The notes under the pieces are model-generated. The model ran no database searches and had not been told where the DNA came from. It was given only the letters and a program-made list of their open reading frames with translations. A program made the translations under genes and the position numbers. DNA of 64,000 nt from positions 13,100 through 77,099 of the IMG/VR virus record IMGVR_UViG_3300003322_000730; one strand, written 5' to 3'. The stretch comes from a virus. This document shows positions 8,477 through 17,562 of the stretch, in pieces; position 1 is the first letter of the stretch, and the number at the start of each line of letters is the position of its first letter.

Positions 8477-8634
8477 TTGAATATTGATCAGGTGGCGGAA
8501 GTTAGACGCAGCTGTTCACTGGCAGTGTTGTATGACCCAGCGATGGCAAACGCGAGAAGTCCAGTAGAAGCTCGCATCCGAGGGGACGAAAAAAGACAAT
8601 GCAGGTATTAAATCCTGCCCTGATCAATATTCAA
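8477..8634 (+). ncRNA. tRNA-shaped RNA with ~90-nt insert replacing anticodon/variable arms
   Basis: Acceptor GATCAGG/CCTGATC extended by TTGAATATT/AATATTCAA; Leu-type D-arm TGGCGGAAGTTAGACGC; T-arm GCAGG-TATTAAAT-CCTGC. Confidence 0.7.
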
Positions 8635-8656
8635 CAAAACTATCACAACCCACTCC

Positions 8657-9160
8657 ATGATCTCAAACTTCCACCGCCAAATCTCCGAACACCGTCAGTA
8701 CTTGCTGACATACGCCAAGAAACTTTCCTGGCAAGACCAAGAAGCTGCTGAGGATCTTGTGCAGAACACTTACGTCGCGGCCATACGTTTCGAAAGCACC
8801 TTTCAGCCCGGGACAAACATGCGTGCCTGGTTGAAGACTATTTTGTACAACGATTTTGTCAACGGCTTCCGCCGGCAAAGAAAAGAAGCTGGTCGTGTTG
8901 ACTTTGATATGGTCTACTTGGGATACCAGGGGCCATCGGTGATTCCGCACAGAGATGAGGTAGGCGATGAAGTAAAGCAAGCAATCGCTAAATTGCACCC
9001 GAAAGACCGGAAGATTGTGGTAATGTCCTTTATTCAGGATTACACCTACGAAGAAATCGCCAAGGTTGTCGGAATTCCGTTAGGCACCGTTCGGAGCCGG
9101 CTTCACAGAAGCAGAAAGATATTGCAGCAGTCGCTGCGAGAATACCAAAGAGCAAGTTGA
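8657..9160 (+). CDS. ECF-type RNA polymerase sigma factor
   Basis: Region 2 AEDLVQNTY...GTNMRAWLKTILYN; region 4 YTYEEIAKVVGIPLGTVRSRLHRSR. Confidence 0.95.
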   Translation: MISNFHRQISEHRQYLLTYAKKLSWQDQEAAEDLVQNTYVAAIRFESTFQPGTNMRAWLKTILYNDFVNGFRRQRKEAGRVDFDMVYLGYQGPSVIPHRDEVGDEVKQAIAKLHPKDRKIVVMSFIQDYTYEEIAKVVGIPLGTVRSRLHRSRKILQQSLREYQRAS

Positions 9161-9190
9161 AAAGGTTTTGAGGTTTAGGAATAGTCAGCA

Positions 9191-9223
9191 AAGGCCGGCC
9201 TCATTGATGTTGGCCTTTCTTTT
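9191..9223 (+). terminator. Intrinsic terminator
   Basis: AAGGCC/GGCCTT stem + T-rich tail after sigma gene. Confidence 0.55.
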
Positions 9224-9235
9224 AACATCAAAAAC

Positions 9236-9670
9236 ATGCCAGAAGAGATACAATTGACAAAAACTATAAAATGGATTGATTTTGCTTTATTTCCTCAGAG
9301 TGTCATGTTAGCTAATGGGTACTCCTATGAAGAACTATTGGCTAAATTTGGCAAGAGGTTCCCTACATGGGTGAAGCCTCTTGAGGAGCACAAGAAACTT
9401 TTCGACACCTGCTGGGGATTTGTTCACCGACACCAGTGGACAGATAAAAACGGAGTAAAAAAGTGCCATTATTGGCTAATAATTAAAGATCCTTTTGATT
9501 TCAGCGATGAAGCCATGTGTAATCTGGCTCACGAAGTGCTGCATGTGGTACAATTTGTGCTGGCAGACAAGATCAACCGGGATGACGAAGTAGAATTTGA
9601 AGCATATTTTCACACATATCTGATGACAGAGTGCCTGAAGGCGCTCCGAGCTCCGGTAAAAATAAAATAA
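9236..9670 (+). CDS. HExxH metallopeptidase-like phage protein
   Basis: LAHEVLH ... E.EAY motif. Confidence 0.7.
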   Translation: MPEEIQLTKTIKWIDFALFPQSVMLANGYSYEELLAKFGKRFPTWVKPLEEHKKLFDTCWGFVHRHQWTDKNGVKKCHYWLIIKDPFDFSDEAMCNLAHEVLHVVQFVLADKINRDDEVEFEAYFHTYLMTECLKALRAPVKIK

Positions 9671-9671
9671 T

Positions 9672-9938
9672 ATGGCACAATCCACGAAATTCAGGTTAGT
9701 CTCACAATTGTTGACGGAACAGAAACTTAATAGTCATTTCAGATACGATGGACCAATGTCTTTCCCCGCGAATGTATACGACTCTCATAATCCTGAAAAT
9801 GATCTAAAAGATGGAGATGTAGCCTTTTTATTGCACTTCATGCCAGGATCAGATATTCAGCAAATTTACTTTAGGAGTTCAGACGAAGCGGAGGTTGAGT
9901 CAATTGTCGATTTAATTCAGAAGAACTACATAAAATAG
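9672..9938 (+). CDS. Hypothetical protein
   Basis: Tightly packed 88 aa ORF. Confidence 0.65.
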   Translation: MAQSTKFRLVSQLLTEQKLNSHFRYDGPMSFPANVYDSHNPENDLKDGDVAFLLHFMPGSDIQQIYFRSSDEAEVESIVDLIQKNYIK

Positions 9939-9940
9939 CC

Positions 9941-10318
9941 ATGAACACTACACCACATGACACATTAGAGCAAATATCTGTATACGACCGGGTTTTGACC
10001 GGATCGGACGGGAATTTGAACGATCTCAATGAACACATCTTGATTTGGGGCTACTCAAAGGACATGATCTGGCGCGACAATCGCTTCAAACAGATGGCCA
10101 AGGTCACTGAGGAAGTCGGGGAGGTCGCCGGCGCCCTGTGCAAGGACAATGTCGACAACTTGAAATCGGAAATCGGTGATGTCTTCGTCACTTTGGTGCT
10201 TTTAGCGGCCCAGAACGGGCTTTCGATGAACGAATGTGTCAGTGCGGCCTACGAGAAGATCAAGAACCGCCAGGGCGAAATGAAAGACGGTATTTTTGTT
10301 AAAGCGGAGGACTTATAA
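9941..10318 (+). CDS. MazG-like NTP pyrophosphohydrolase
   Basis: KVTEEVGEVA...EIGDVFVTL...AYEKIKNRQG. Confidence 0.9.
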   Translation: MNTTPHDTLEQISVYDRVLTGSDGNLNDLNEHILIWGYSKDMIWRDNRFKQMAKVTEEVGEVAGALCKDNVDNLKSEIGDVFVTLVLLAAQNGLSMNECVSAAYEKIKNRQGEMKDGIFVKAEDL

Positions 10319-10384
10319 GCAACTTTTTGTTACCTTTACTTCACGGCGTGACCACGAAGGCGCGGACGAAAACTTATAAGTAAA

Positions 10385-10729
10385 ATGGTACAATCAAAAA
10401 TCGGTTTGGTCCTGAAAGACGGGCAGCCCGTAATCAAAATGACCTGTGTTGATTCAGAAGAAATTGTCGACACAGTATTCAAGATGTTTGCAGAGAAGTT
10501 CGGACACGTCTCCACGCTTTGCAAAGTAGATGTTGAATACAACAGAGACGGGCAGAAGATTTTCTTCATCTCCCCGGTCGCCCCGGACGATCTCGCAGAA
10601 ACATGCAGCAAGATACTGGAAGCCCAGCCGCGTGTGTCTGGCAACAAATTTGTTAGATACGAATCAAATGGGGTACAGCTAACCGGTGATGGCCTGCCAA
10701 TGCCAACTACCGATCGCATAGCGGAATAA
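10385..10729 (+). CDS. Hypothetical protein
   Basis: 114 aa ORF followed by terminator. Confidence 0.65.
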   Translation: MVQSKIGLVLKDGQPVIKMTCVDSEEIVDTVFKMFAEKFGHVSTLCKVDVEYNRDGQKIFFISPVAPDDLAETCSKILEAQPRVSGNKFVRYESNGVQLTGDGLPMPTTDRIAE

Positions 10730-10761
10730 AATTTTATAATCAACCTATTCTTCACGCAACT

Positions 10762-10791
10762 AAGGCTACTCTGATTCGGGGTAGCCTTTTT
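10762..10791 (+). terminator. Intrinsic terminator
   Basis: AAGGCTAC/GTAGCCTT stem + T tract. Confidence 0.75.
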
Positions 10792-10839
10792 AATTAACAG
10801 AAATTAAAGTTAGATTTGCTTACATTAAAATAAACTCTC

Positions 10840-11061
10840 ATGATCATCACAGAAGAACAGGTACTCGAAGACATCAAACATTTACTGGCCCATAAAGAAG
10901 AGCACGGTATCGCCCCGACAGATCAAGTTACCCGCAAGGAGCTTGACACCTACTACCAGAACTTGGTAGCCCAGGCACTGAACAAACTCTTCGTTCAGAA
11001 GAAAATATACGTCGGGCCGACGATGAACGGCAAGTACATCAAACTCAAAGACCCGCAGTAG
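10840..11061 (+). CDS. Small hypothetical protein, possibly winged-helix
   Basis: 73 aa; TAGATTTG -7 box at 10811-10818. Confidence 0.6.
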   Translation: MIITEEQVLEDIKHLLAHKEEHGIAPTDQVTRKELDTYYQNLVAQALNKLFVQKKIYVGPTMNGKYIKLKDPQ

Positions 11062-11085
11062 TGTTATAATAGAGACAACTTTTGT

Positions 11086-11093
11086 TATCTTTG
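11086..11093 (+). promoter_or_regulatory. Bacteroidota -7 promoter box upstream of terminase
   Basis: TATCTTTG. Confidence 0.6.
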
Positions 11094-11128
11094 GCTGACA
11101 TGCAATTAATAACCCAAGGGATACTTTA

Positions 11129-11728
11129 ATGGAAAAGCGCAATAAGAGGCAGCCCTTCATGGTTCCGCGAGAAGAGAACAGAACAGTAGTGGAGTTGTTT
11201 GAATACGGCAGCAAAGGTGACCGGGTCAGCAAAGGGAAGTTTGAACACGACGACTTGATTGACGCGGACCTGCCATCCAACATGAAGATGGTTTCCCGGT
11301 TCAACGGAGGAGTGCTTCCGAAATACGAGAACTTTCAGGACTTGTACATCAAAGGGGTTCAATATTTCAAGTGGGCCGTCGAAAATCCAATACAGAAAAC
11401 AGAATTGATCAAGGGCGGGGCGATGGCTGGATCACCAGGCACCATAGATGTACCGAGGCCATGGACCATTGCTGGTTTGCGGACGTGGTTGGGCATGGGT
11501 TCCAAGATATACGAGAAGTTTAGAAGTGGCGAAGGATACGAACAATTTCACCCGGTCATTGAGTTTTTCGAGGACTGCATCAGGACGCAGAAGTTTGAAC
11601 ATGCTGTGGTGGGTATTTACAACGCCGGCTTGGTAAGCCGTGATCTTGGATTGGCGGATAAAACAGAGGTCAAAGAAGAAATCAACATCAAGGCGCAGAT
11701 CATTGGGATGAAAATTATTGCTGATTAA
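11129..11728 (+). CDS. terS: Terminase small subunit (P22 gp3-like)
   Basis: RPWTIAGLRTWLG...IRTQKFEHAVVGIYNAGLVSRDLGLADK; coupled to terL. Confidence 0.9.
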   Translation: MEKRNKRQPFMVPREENRTVVELFEYGSKGDRVSKGKFEHDDLIDADLPSNMKMVSRFNGGVLPKYENFQDLYIKGVQYFKWAVENPIQKTELIKGGAMAGSPGTIDVPRPWTIAGLRTWLGMGSKIYEKFRSGEGYEQFHPVIEFFEDCIRTQKFEHAVVGIYNAGLVSRDLGLADKTEVKEEINIKAQIIGMKIIAD

Positions 11729-13185
11729 TGGAGAGCACAGATAAGGGGCAGATCATAGAATTCAGGGCCCACGGGAACTTAAAGCAAGTAGAAGCGTTTA
11801 AGTATTGGACGGATAAGTCTACTTACCATATAGTCTATGGAGGCAGTAAAGCGTCGGGCAAGAGCTTTTTAGGTTGCTCTCTTATACTTGCCGACGCCCT
11901 CATATATCCCGGAACTCATTATTTCATAGCCAGAAAGACACTTTCTGATCTTCGTAAGCACACTACAACTTCCATAGCGGAGGTGTTGAATGGTTGGGGT
12001 ATTCCTAGCAACATGTACCGGTATAACGGCCAAGACAACTTCTATCAATTCAAGAATGGCTCAAAGGTGTATTTTTTTGGCTGCGAACCGCGTCCGAGCG
12101 ACCCAAAATACACCAGATTAGGGTCAATCCAGATGACACGTGGTTGGATCGAAGAATCAGGAGAGGTTGAGGAAGCCGCCAAAAATGCCTTATCAGCTAC
12201 GATAGGTCGCTGGAAAAACGAAGAATACGGGCTATGGAGGAAGTTGCTGATGACTTGTAACCCAGATAAGGGCTGGTTGTACAGCGAGTATTATGAGCCA
12301 TGGAAGAACAATTCACTTGATAAGGACAAGAAATTCATCCAAGCCCTCCCAACCGACAACAAAATGCTGGATGATGGCTATCTCGAAGGTCTTGAACAAA
12401 GCTTGAACTACAATGAAAGACAACGTCTCCTTCACGGCAACTGGGAGTTTGATGATGATCCATCGGTGCTCATCGACTACGAAGCCATCATGGACATTTT
12501 CAGAAACTTCAGTGTTCCTCACGGAAAGAAATATATCACTGTCGACGTGGCCCGTATGGGAGGAGCCAGAATTGTGTGTGTCGAGTGGGACGGATATCGT
12601 GGTCACGTTCGCAGCTGGGACAGAGCCGAATTTCCGGAGACCTTGAAAAGGATTGAGGAATCCAGGATGAAGCTGGGAATCAGCCCCAAAGATGTACTGG
12701 TCGACGGTGATGGCATGGGTGCCGGCCTGGCCGACTTTGGCAGATACAGTGAGTTCAGAAACAACTTCCCTGCGGTTCCATCGAAAGATCAAAGAAAACG
12801 GAGGGACGCCAATGGAAATATCATCAAGGAGAACTTTGACAACCGCAAGTCTCAGATGGGGTTCTATATGTCAGACTTAATTAACGAAAGAAGGGTGTTC
12901 CTCACCTGTGAACGAGAGGAGGACAAAGTGTTGATCCGGCAGGAACTCGAACAGGTCCGGAAGAAGCGGATGGATTCAGATATGAAAAATGCGCTGGTGC
13001 CAAAAGAAGAAGTGACCAAGCGCCTTCGACGCTCCCCTGATTTCTGGGATGCCATCCTGATGCGTCACTTCTTCGAATACAAAGGTCAAGTAATTCAAAT
13101 CAAACAGAGAAATGGAAATGACAGAAACCTCTTCCCGGGCCTCCCAGACCGTCGCCGGTGGGAAAGGGCTGAATACAATCGATAA
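11728..13185 (+). CDS. terL: Terminase large subunit
   Basis: Walker A YGGSKASGKS, Walker B GWIEE, MTCNP, nuclease ITVDVAR and RSPDFWDA. Confidence 0.95.
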   Translation: MESTDKGQIIEFRAHGNLKQVEAFKYWTDKSTYHIVYGGSKASGKSFLGCSLILADALIYPGTHYFIARKTLSDLRKHTTTSIAEVLNGWGIPSNMYRYNGQDNFYQFKNGSKVYFFGCEPRPSDPKYTRLGSIQMTRGWIEESGEVEEAAKNALSATIGRWKNEEYGLWRKLLMTCNPDKGWLYSEYYEPWKNNSLDKDKKFIQALPTDNKMLDDGYLEGLEQSLNYNERQRLLHGNWEFDDDPSVLIDYEAIMDIFRNFSVPHGKKYITVDVARMGGARIVCVEWDGYRGHVRSWDRAEFPETLKRIEESRMKLGISPKDVLVDGDGMGAGLADFGRYSEFRNNFPAVPSKDQRKRRDANGNIIKENFDNRKSQMGFYMSDLINERRVFLTCEREEDKVLIRQELEQVRKKRMDSDMKNALVPKEEVTKRLRRSPDFWDAILMRHFFEYKGQVIQIKQRNGNDRNLFPGLPDRRRWERAEYNR

Positions 13186-13414
13186 AAGCAAGCTTCAGAT
13201 CAAGCGCTTCGGGACCAAGATGACCCCGGAAGAATGCTTTCGTTTGTTTGAGATCATTTTGGAGAATAACAAGGAGCTTTATATGCATGAAGCCTATGAG
13301 ATTCTGGAGAACCACTGTATCGAAGAAGGGCTTCTGTTGAGCTATTCCAACTTCTATGCGTTCAAGAATTCTTATTACCGGAGAATACACAGTATGAACA
13401 AGGTGGCAGTGTAG
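13112..13414 (+). CDS. Hypothetical protein (start uncertain)
   Basis: ORF overlapping end of terL. Confidence 0.55.
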   Translation: MEMTETSSRASQTVAGGKGLNTIDKSKLQIKRFGTKMTPEECFRLFEIILENNKELYMHEAYEILENHCIEEGLLLSYSNFYAFKNSYYRRIHSMNKVAV

Positions 13415-13464
13415 TTGTCTTGTTCGCTTCCTCGTTGTATATTTGCCAAGTAACCTTCGCAGAC

Positions 13465-14259
13465 ATGGACAACAGGCCGGCCAGAATAACCAAGAACATC
13501 ATAGCTTTCCGGGGCTCCTCCCGATCGATCAAGATCAATTTTCCAACTGGCTATGATCTCGCCGATTTGTCTGTATCCTTCAAAGTAGACCGACTGCCAT
13601 ATGACCTGCAAATTATCCCAACTACTTCCAATATAACCGGATTTACTCAGGTAGAGATACTGCTTTCGGCAGAACAAGTCCGTTTACTTCCCAACTTCAT
13701 TGATTTCTACCTTTTCCGAGGAGAAGAGGCGATTCTTCAAGGCGCCATAACGCCGCGGATGGGAGGTGAAGATAATGTCCCAGACGATGGGGAAGTATAT
13801 GAAGTTATCTTGTCAGAGGGAGATATTACGGTAGTGGAGATAATGGGGCTAGATTTGGTGACAGCGCAGGTAACTATAGCCACCCAAAAAGCAAATGAAG
13901 CGTCTGTTAGTGCTGCCCAGTCTTCTGAATGGGCGCAGGTATCACAGGATTTTTCGGCATCGGCTCAAAGCTCAGCTACTACGGCCACAAATGCTAAAAA
14001 CCAAGCGCAAGCCGCACAAACTGCTTCGGCTCAGGCTAAATCAGATGCGGAGGCGGCGAGGGACATAGCTATTCAATCCAGGCCATCGAGGATTTCCACA
14101 TTTGCTACAATGTTGGCGCTTTGTGTAGCTAACCAACCAAGACTATTTACTGTGGCTTCTGACGAACTTCAGGGAGACACTAATGTGCCCTACACTTGGG
14201 ACGGTGCTGTTCTTTTGGAATATGGATTAACACCATGCGACACTCAACCTGTCATATAA
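13465..14259 (+). CDS. Virion appendage/fibre protein with BppU-like N-terminus and Ala/Ser coiled stalk
   Basis: TATATTTG promoter 13438-13445; ANEASVSAAQS...SAQAKSDAEAA; N-terminus resembles that of 38842 protein. Confidence 0.6.
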   Translation: MDNRPARITKNIIAFRGSSRSIKINFPTGYDLADLSVSFKVDRLPYDLQIIPTTSNITGFTQVEILLSAEQVRLLPNFIDFYLFRGEEAILQGAITPRMGGEDNVPDDGEVYEVILSEGDITVVEIMGLDLVTAQVTIATQKANEASVSAAQSSEWAQVSQDFSASAQSSATTATNAKNQAQAAQTASAQAKSDAEAARDIAIQSRPSRISTFATMLALCVANQPRLFTVASDELQGDTNVPYTWDGAVLLEYGLTPCDTQPVI

Positions 14260-15159
14260 ATGAGCTTTTTCACTAAAACGGCGCAGGCAATTGGGGAGTA
14301 CCTGCAATCCGTTAATACACCAACATATGACCCGCAGATATCCGGTGTGCTAGATGACGGCACTAACGAAGGCTCAATACGCGCTAAACTTGTTACTGGC
14401 GAGCTGGTTAAAGTACCGTTGTCGGCCATTGATTATTCTACGGTTATTTCTGGATCGGCAACTGTCTCAGATCTTTTCAACATTTACACCAACGGGGACG
14501 GCACGGGTCAGATAGTTAACATGTCTACGGTAGCTGGGCTGGGAACAAATGCATGCGCATTAAGAACCGTAATTTATGGCCGGGTGGTTGGCGTTCGATA
14601 CAGAAGAAACTCTTCTACGCCTGCTTTTTCTGTACTGATTGATGGCACTCCATACGGGGTTCCAGCTTACAATACCGCTCCACGCTTTACCAACTCTTCG
14701 GGCCCGGCAGATAGGGAGGCACTTTTTATTATCGCCGATGACCTTACGGATACTGCTCATAGTGTTGAAATTGTTTTGTATCCTGACGCATCTGTTGCTA
14801 AAACACTGATTGTTTACGGGTTCACTGCTGAGCGCCGGGCGGGGTATCTTCCTGCTGACCGGATCGATGTTATTTATAGCCAAGGGACTCTTACGAATGC
14901 TTCGGTAGCCGTTCCAGGATCAACGAGCGTTCGTTCTATAAAATATATATGGTATCAAAATACAGACTTAACTAATCCACATAGAGTTACAGTCAATTTC
15001 AACAGCGTGTCTTCTTGGTCTAAAATGATTGCCGCAGGCGATACCGAGATACTTAGAATATCTGAGGTAGGAGCAACATTGAGCGGGAACAGCTCAACAT
15101 GGAGTCATTTAGCTGACGCGAATAGTGTGGTCAAGTTTACATGCATAGGTAACGGATAA
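14260..15159 (+). CDS. Beta-rich putative virion/carbohydrate-binding protein
   Basis: FSVLIDG...DLTDTAHSVEI jelly-roll-like pattern; S/T/G rich. Confidence 0.55.
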   Translation: MSFFTKTAQAIGEYLQSVNTPTYDPQISGVLDDGTNEGSIRAKLVTGELVKVPLSAIDYSTVISGSATVSDLFNIYTNGDGTGQIVNMSTVAGLGTNACALRTVIYGRVVGVRYRRNSSTPAFSVLIDGTPYGVPAYNTAPRFTNSSGPADREALFIIADDLTDTAHSVEIVLYPDASVAKTLIVYGFTAERRAGYLPADRIDVIYSQGTLTNASVAVPGSTSVRSIKYIWYQNTDLTNPHRVTVNFNSVSSWSKMIAAGDTEILRISEVGATLSGNSSTWSHLADANSVVKFTCIGNG

Positions 15160-16376
15160 TGAGAAAGCAGCAAACCAATCCTTCGCGCAAGAAGATTTAC
15201 CCTATTCTCGCGATAGGTCACAGTCAATCTGATCCAAGAGCTACTTACGGCGTCCCTCCCGAAAGGATGTGGTATAGCTTGCTTTCGAATCATTTGAATA
15301 AACTCGGGTGTCTGACGATTCCGAAGGTATTTGCTATTAGTGGTCAAACGGCAGCACAGTTTCTAGGAAGGTCGGATGTCTTTTTCATGTACCCTGAAAA
15401 GCCAGGCATTATATGTCTGGATGGAGATGTGAACGGCCCAAATGATACCGAGACCGGAACTGCACAGGCAGGATCTGCTAATACTATCACACTACGATCA
15501 GCAGCCACTACGGTATTAAATTCATTCGTTGGCAGTGTCATTAGTATAACGTCAGGCACTGGATCTGGTCAGAGCAAAACCATAATTAGTTATTCGGGGA
15601 CAGGTCAGATCGCAACGGTAGACAGCAACTGGTCTGTTACTCCAAATAACACATCGGTTTATTCCATTGCCGCACCGACGCAATCAGCCATGCAGGCCAC
15701 TCAACAGGCGCTCATTAAAGTAGCAAAGTATGCGGTAGTGGGATACGGAGCTGGCTTAGGACTTGGGGTTTCTCTATGGAATCAATCACAGCTCCCACCC
15801 AATGGGTTTCCTGGACAGAGGTTTGTGATTATGCAGGATAACAACAACGGTTCAGGCGCAGCAAAAACTTTATCTACCCAGCACGATAATGTCGCAGGTA
15901 ATTACTCTTCTTCCCCTATTCAATCGGTTTGGGAATATCGAAACCCACAAGCTGGTGTAGCTGGTTGGGGCCGGGTGGCTATTAATACTACGCCCACTTT
16001 CTCTGAGGGGGTTTCGAAGGTGATTATATCGGGTAGCAATTATCTAAACTATTCATCTGGCGGGGACAACTGGAATCCAAATACTTCGTCAGGAACACAA
16101 TACACGCCTTATGTATCAGTAAGGGCAGCTAGTCTTGCGGCAGCACAGGCCGAAAGTGTTATTTACTGTGACGACTACGATTACTACGCAAAACTGATTT
16201 GGGGCGGAACGTATGAGGGACAAACGGTAGTAGCCGAAACCACGCAGGGCTCTAACTCCTGGCACTACACGGCAGGCAACCAACACCACAACCAGTATGG
16301 TCATGAAGTGAAAGCCAGGGCTGTGTTGTTAAAGATCAATAATCAATCTAATTGGATCACCGATTTAAGCAGTTAA
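15159..16376 (+). CDS. SGNH/GDSL-like esterase with beta-rich insertions
   Basis: ILAIGHSQS (block I), AISGQT, DVN, HHNQYGH (block V). Confidence 0.65.
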   Translation: MRKQQTNPSRKKIYPILAIGHSQSDPRATYGVPPERMWYSLLSNHLNKLGCLTIPKVFAISGQTAAQFLGRSDVFFMYPEKPGIICLDGDVNGPNDTETGTAQAGSANTITLRSAATTVLNSFVGSVISITSGTGSGQSKTIISYSGTGQIATVDSNWSVTPNNTSVYSIAAPTQSAMQATQQALIKVAKYAVVGYGAGLGLGVSLWNQSQLPPNGFPGQRFVIMQDNNNGSGAAKTLSTQHDNVAGNYSSSPIQSVWEYRNPQAGVAGWGRVAINTTPTFSEGVSKVIISGSNYLNYSSGGDNWNPNTSSGTQYTPYVSVRAASLAAAQAESVIYCDDYDYYAKLIWGGTYEGQTVVAETTQGSNSWHYTAGNQHHNQYGHEVKARAVLLKINNQSNWITDLSS

Positions 16377-16377
16377 T

Positions 16378-16605
16378 ATGGACACAAAACTAGAATTTAC
16401 AACTGACTTCCTGATTAGTCGTGGATTTTCCGAGAAATCACAGGGCTATTATGTATCGCAAGATGCTCCGCACGGGGCTGAAATTTATGTGAACTACTAT
16501 CCGGGAGATGTTTCCTTCGGGATAGGCGGTATTTCTTTTGTGGTGCCAGATTGCACGAAAGAGGATCACATTGACAGATTGATCAAGTTCTTGAATATAG
16601 GATAG
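16378..16605 (+). CDS. Hypothetical protein
   Basis: 75 aa packed ORF. Confidence 0.6.
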   Translation: MDTKLEFTTDFLISRGFSEKSQGYYVSQDAPHGAEIYVNYYPGDVSFGIGGISFVVPDCTKEDHIDRLIKFLNIG

Positions 16606-16607
16606 CG

Positions 16608-16736
16608 ATGCGCGCGCTAGTCTTAAAGATCGCTATCTTTCTTTTATACTTTCCACTTCTGTGTCATTCTCAGGAGATAAGAGAGCGCATCCCTGACAGC
16701 ACCTACACTGCTGGATGGATATTGTTAACACAATAG
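16608..16736 (+). CDS. Putative secreted peptide precursor (42 aa, not in ORF track)
   Basis: MRALVLKIAIFLLYFPLLCHS-QEIRERIPDSTYTAGWILLTQ; signal peptide followed by Gln. Confidence 0.5.
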   Translation: MRALVLKIAIFLLYFPLLCHSQEIRERIPDSTYTAGWILLTQ

Positions 16737-16786
16737 CCACAAAGACAAAGTTAGATTTGTTGTCTTGACATTGCTTTTCATGAAGT

Positions 16787-16902
16787 TATATTTGCTTCCA
16801 GCATGTAGTCGAGTTTCCCTTACTGTATTATCAAGGCGGTAGAGACGCCACTTTGATAAATACAGTTTCTCTCGAAGCCCGGCTACTTCCGACGACATGC
16901 TA
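16787..16902 (+). promoter_or_regulatory. Late promoter and structured 5' leader RNA
   Basis: TATATTTG 16787-16794; AGCATGTAGTCG pairs with CGACGACATGCT; inner hairpin ACTGTATT-ATCAA-GGCG/CGCC-TTGAT-AATACAGT. Confidence 0.7.
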
Positions 16903-16933
16903 CGTAGTCAGAAACGCTAATCCAAATATATTC

Positions 16934-17560
16934 ATGGCAGTCACTTTATATGCTTGTCCAACGCCGACGGCACTCCCCGATGTAGACCCACCAGGTTGCA
17001 CAGTACAATATGGCAACATCATTGCCGTAGCCTTCCAAATAAAGCAGGCAACTCCGTCTTTCGATGCCACCACCATTAAGGCCCAAGCAACATGGACTCC
17101 GCTTTTAGCGTCCACTACTGCTACTGGCATCCGCTTGGTGCCTGCCAACAACTATACTACAACCCCAGGGGAGGCTATCACTGAGGGGGGTAACGATCAG
17201 ACTACTTTCCGTGGCCGTAAGAAGCTGAAATATGTAGGGTACACTGACGTGAACTTTGTGATGGAAGGTGTGTCTCCTGCGTTTGCAACATCCGTTCGTG
17301 ATCTTACCAAGTTCAGTGCACAGGCCGGACAGCGCAGCGTACTTCGCGCATTCTTGTTGACTGACGAAGATTATGTCATTTCCGCCAGCGATTTCAACGG
17401 CCTTGATATTCACGCATTGATTGTGATGGATGCTACCCAAGGCGGTTCTTACAAGCCAAGCAACGACTATGGAGTGATGTTCAGCCTTGACTATGGCTGG
17501 TCTCACGACATGATCGGAACGAAAGCCAGCTTTGACGTATCACTGCTTCAAAACCCATAA
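16934..17560 (+). CDS. Major tail (tube) protein
   Basis: CPTPTALPD...C...YGNIIAVAFQ and PGEAITEGG resemble Bacteroides B40-8-type structural proteins (recalled); ~208 aa beta-rich. Confidence 0.7.
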   Translation: MAVTLYACPTPTALPDVDPPGCTVQYGNIIAVAFQIKQATPSFDATTIKAQATWTPLLASTTATGIRLVPANNYTTTPGEAITEGGNDQTTFRGRKKLKYVGYTDVNFVMEGVSPAFATSVRDLTKFSAQAGQRSVLRAFLLTDEDYVISASDFNGLDIHALIVMDATQGGSYKPSNDYGVMFSLDYGWSHDMIGTKASFDVSLLQNP

Positions 17561-17562
17561 CC

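Noticed and set aside
8509-8525. UCA (Sec/opal) anticodon in the tRNA-like RNA
   Set aside because: Needs a mismatched stem overlapping the D-arm; not convincing
8575-8592. Hammerhead-like TCC-GAGG-GGA-CGAAA
   Set aside because: The required CTGANGA core is absent upstream
14257-14262. In-frame TAA-ATG readthrough fusion
   Set aside because: Same junction occurs at rusA/ninB (50818-50823); ordinary tight packing
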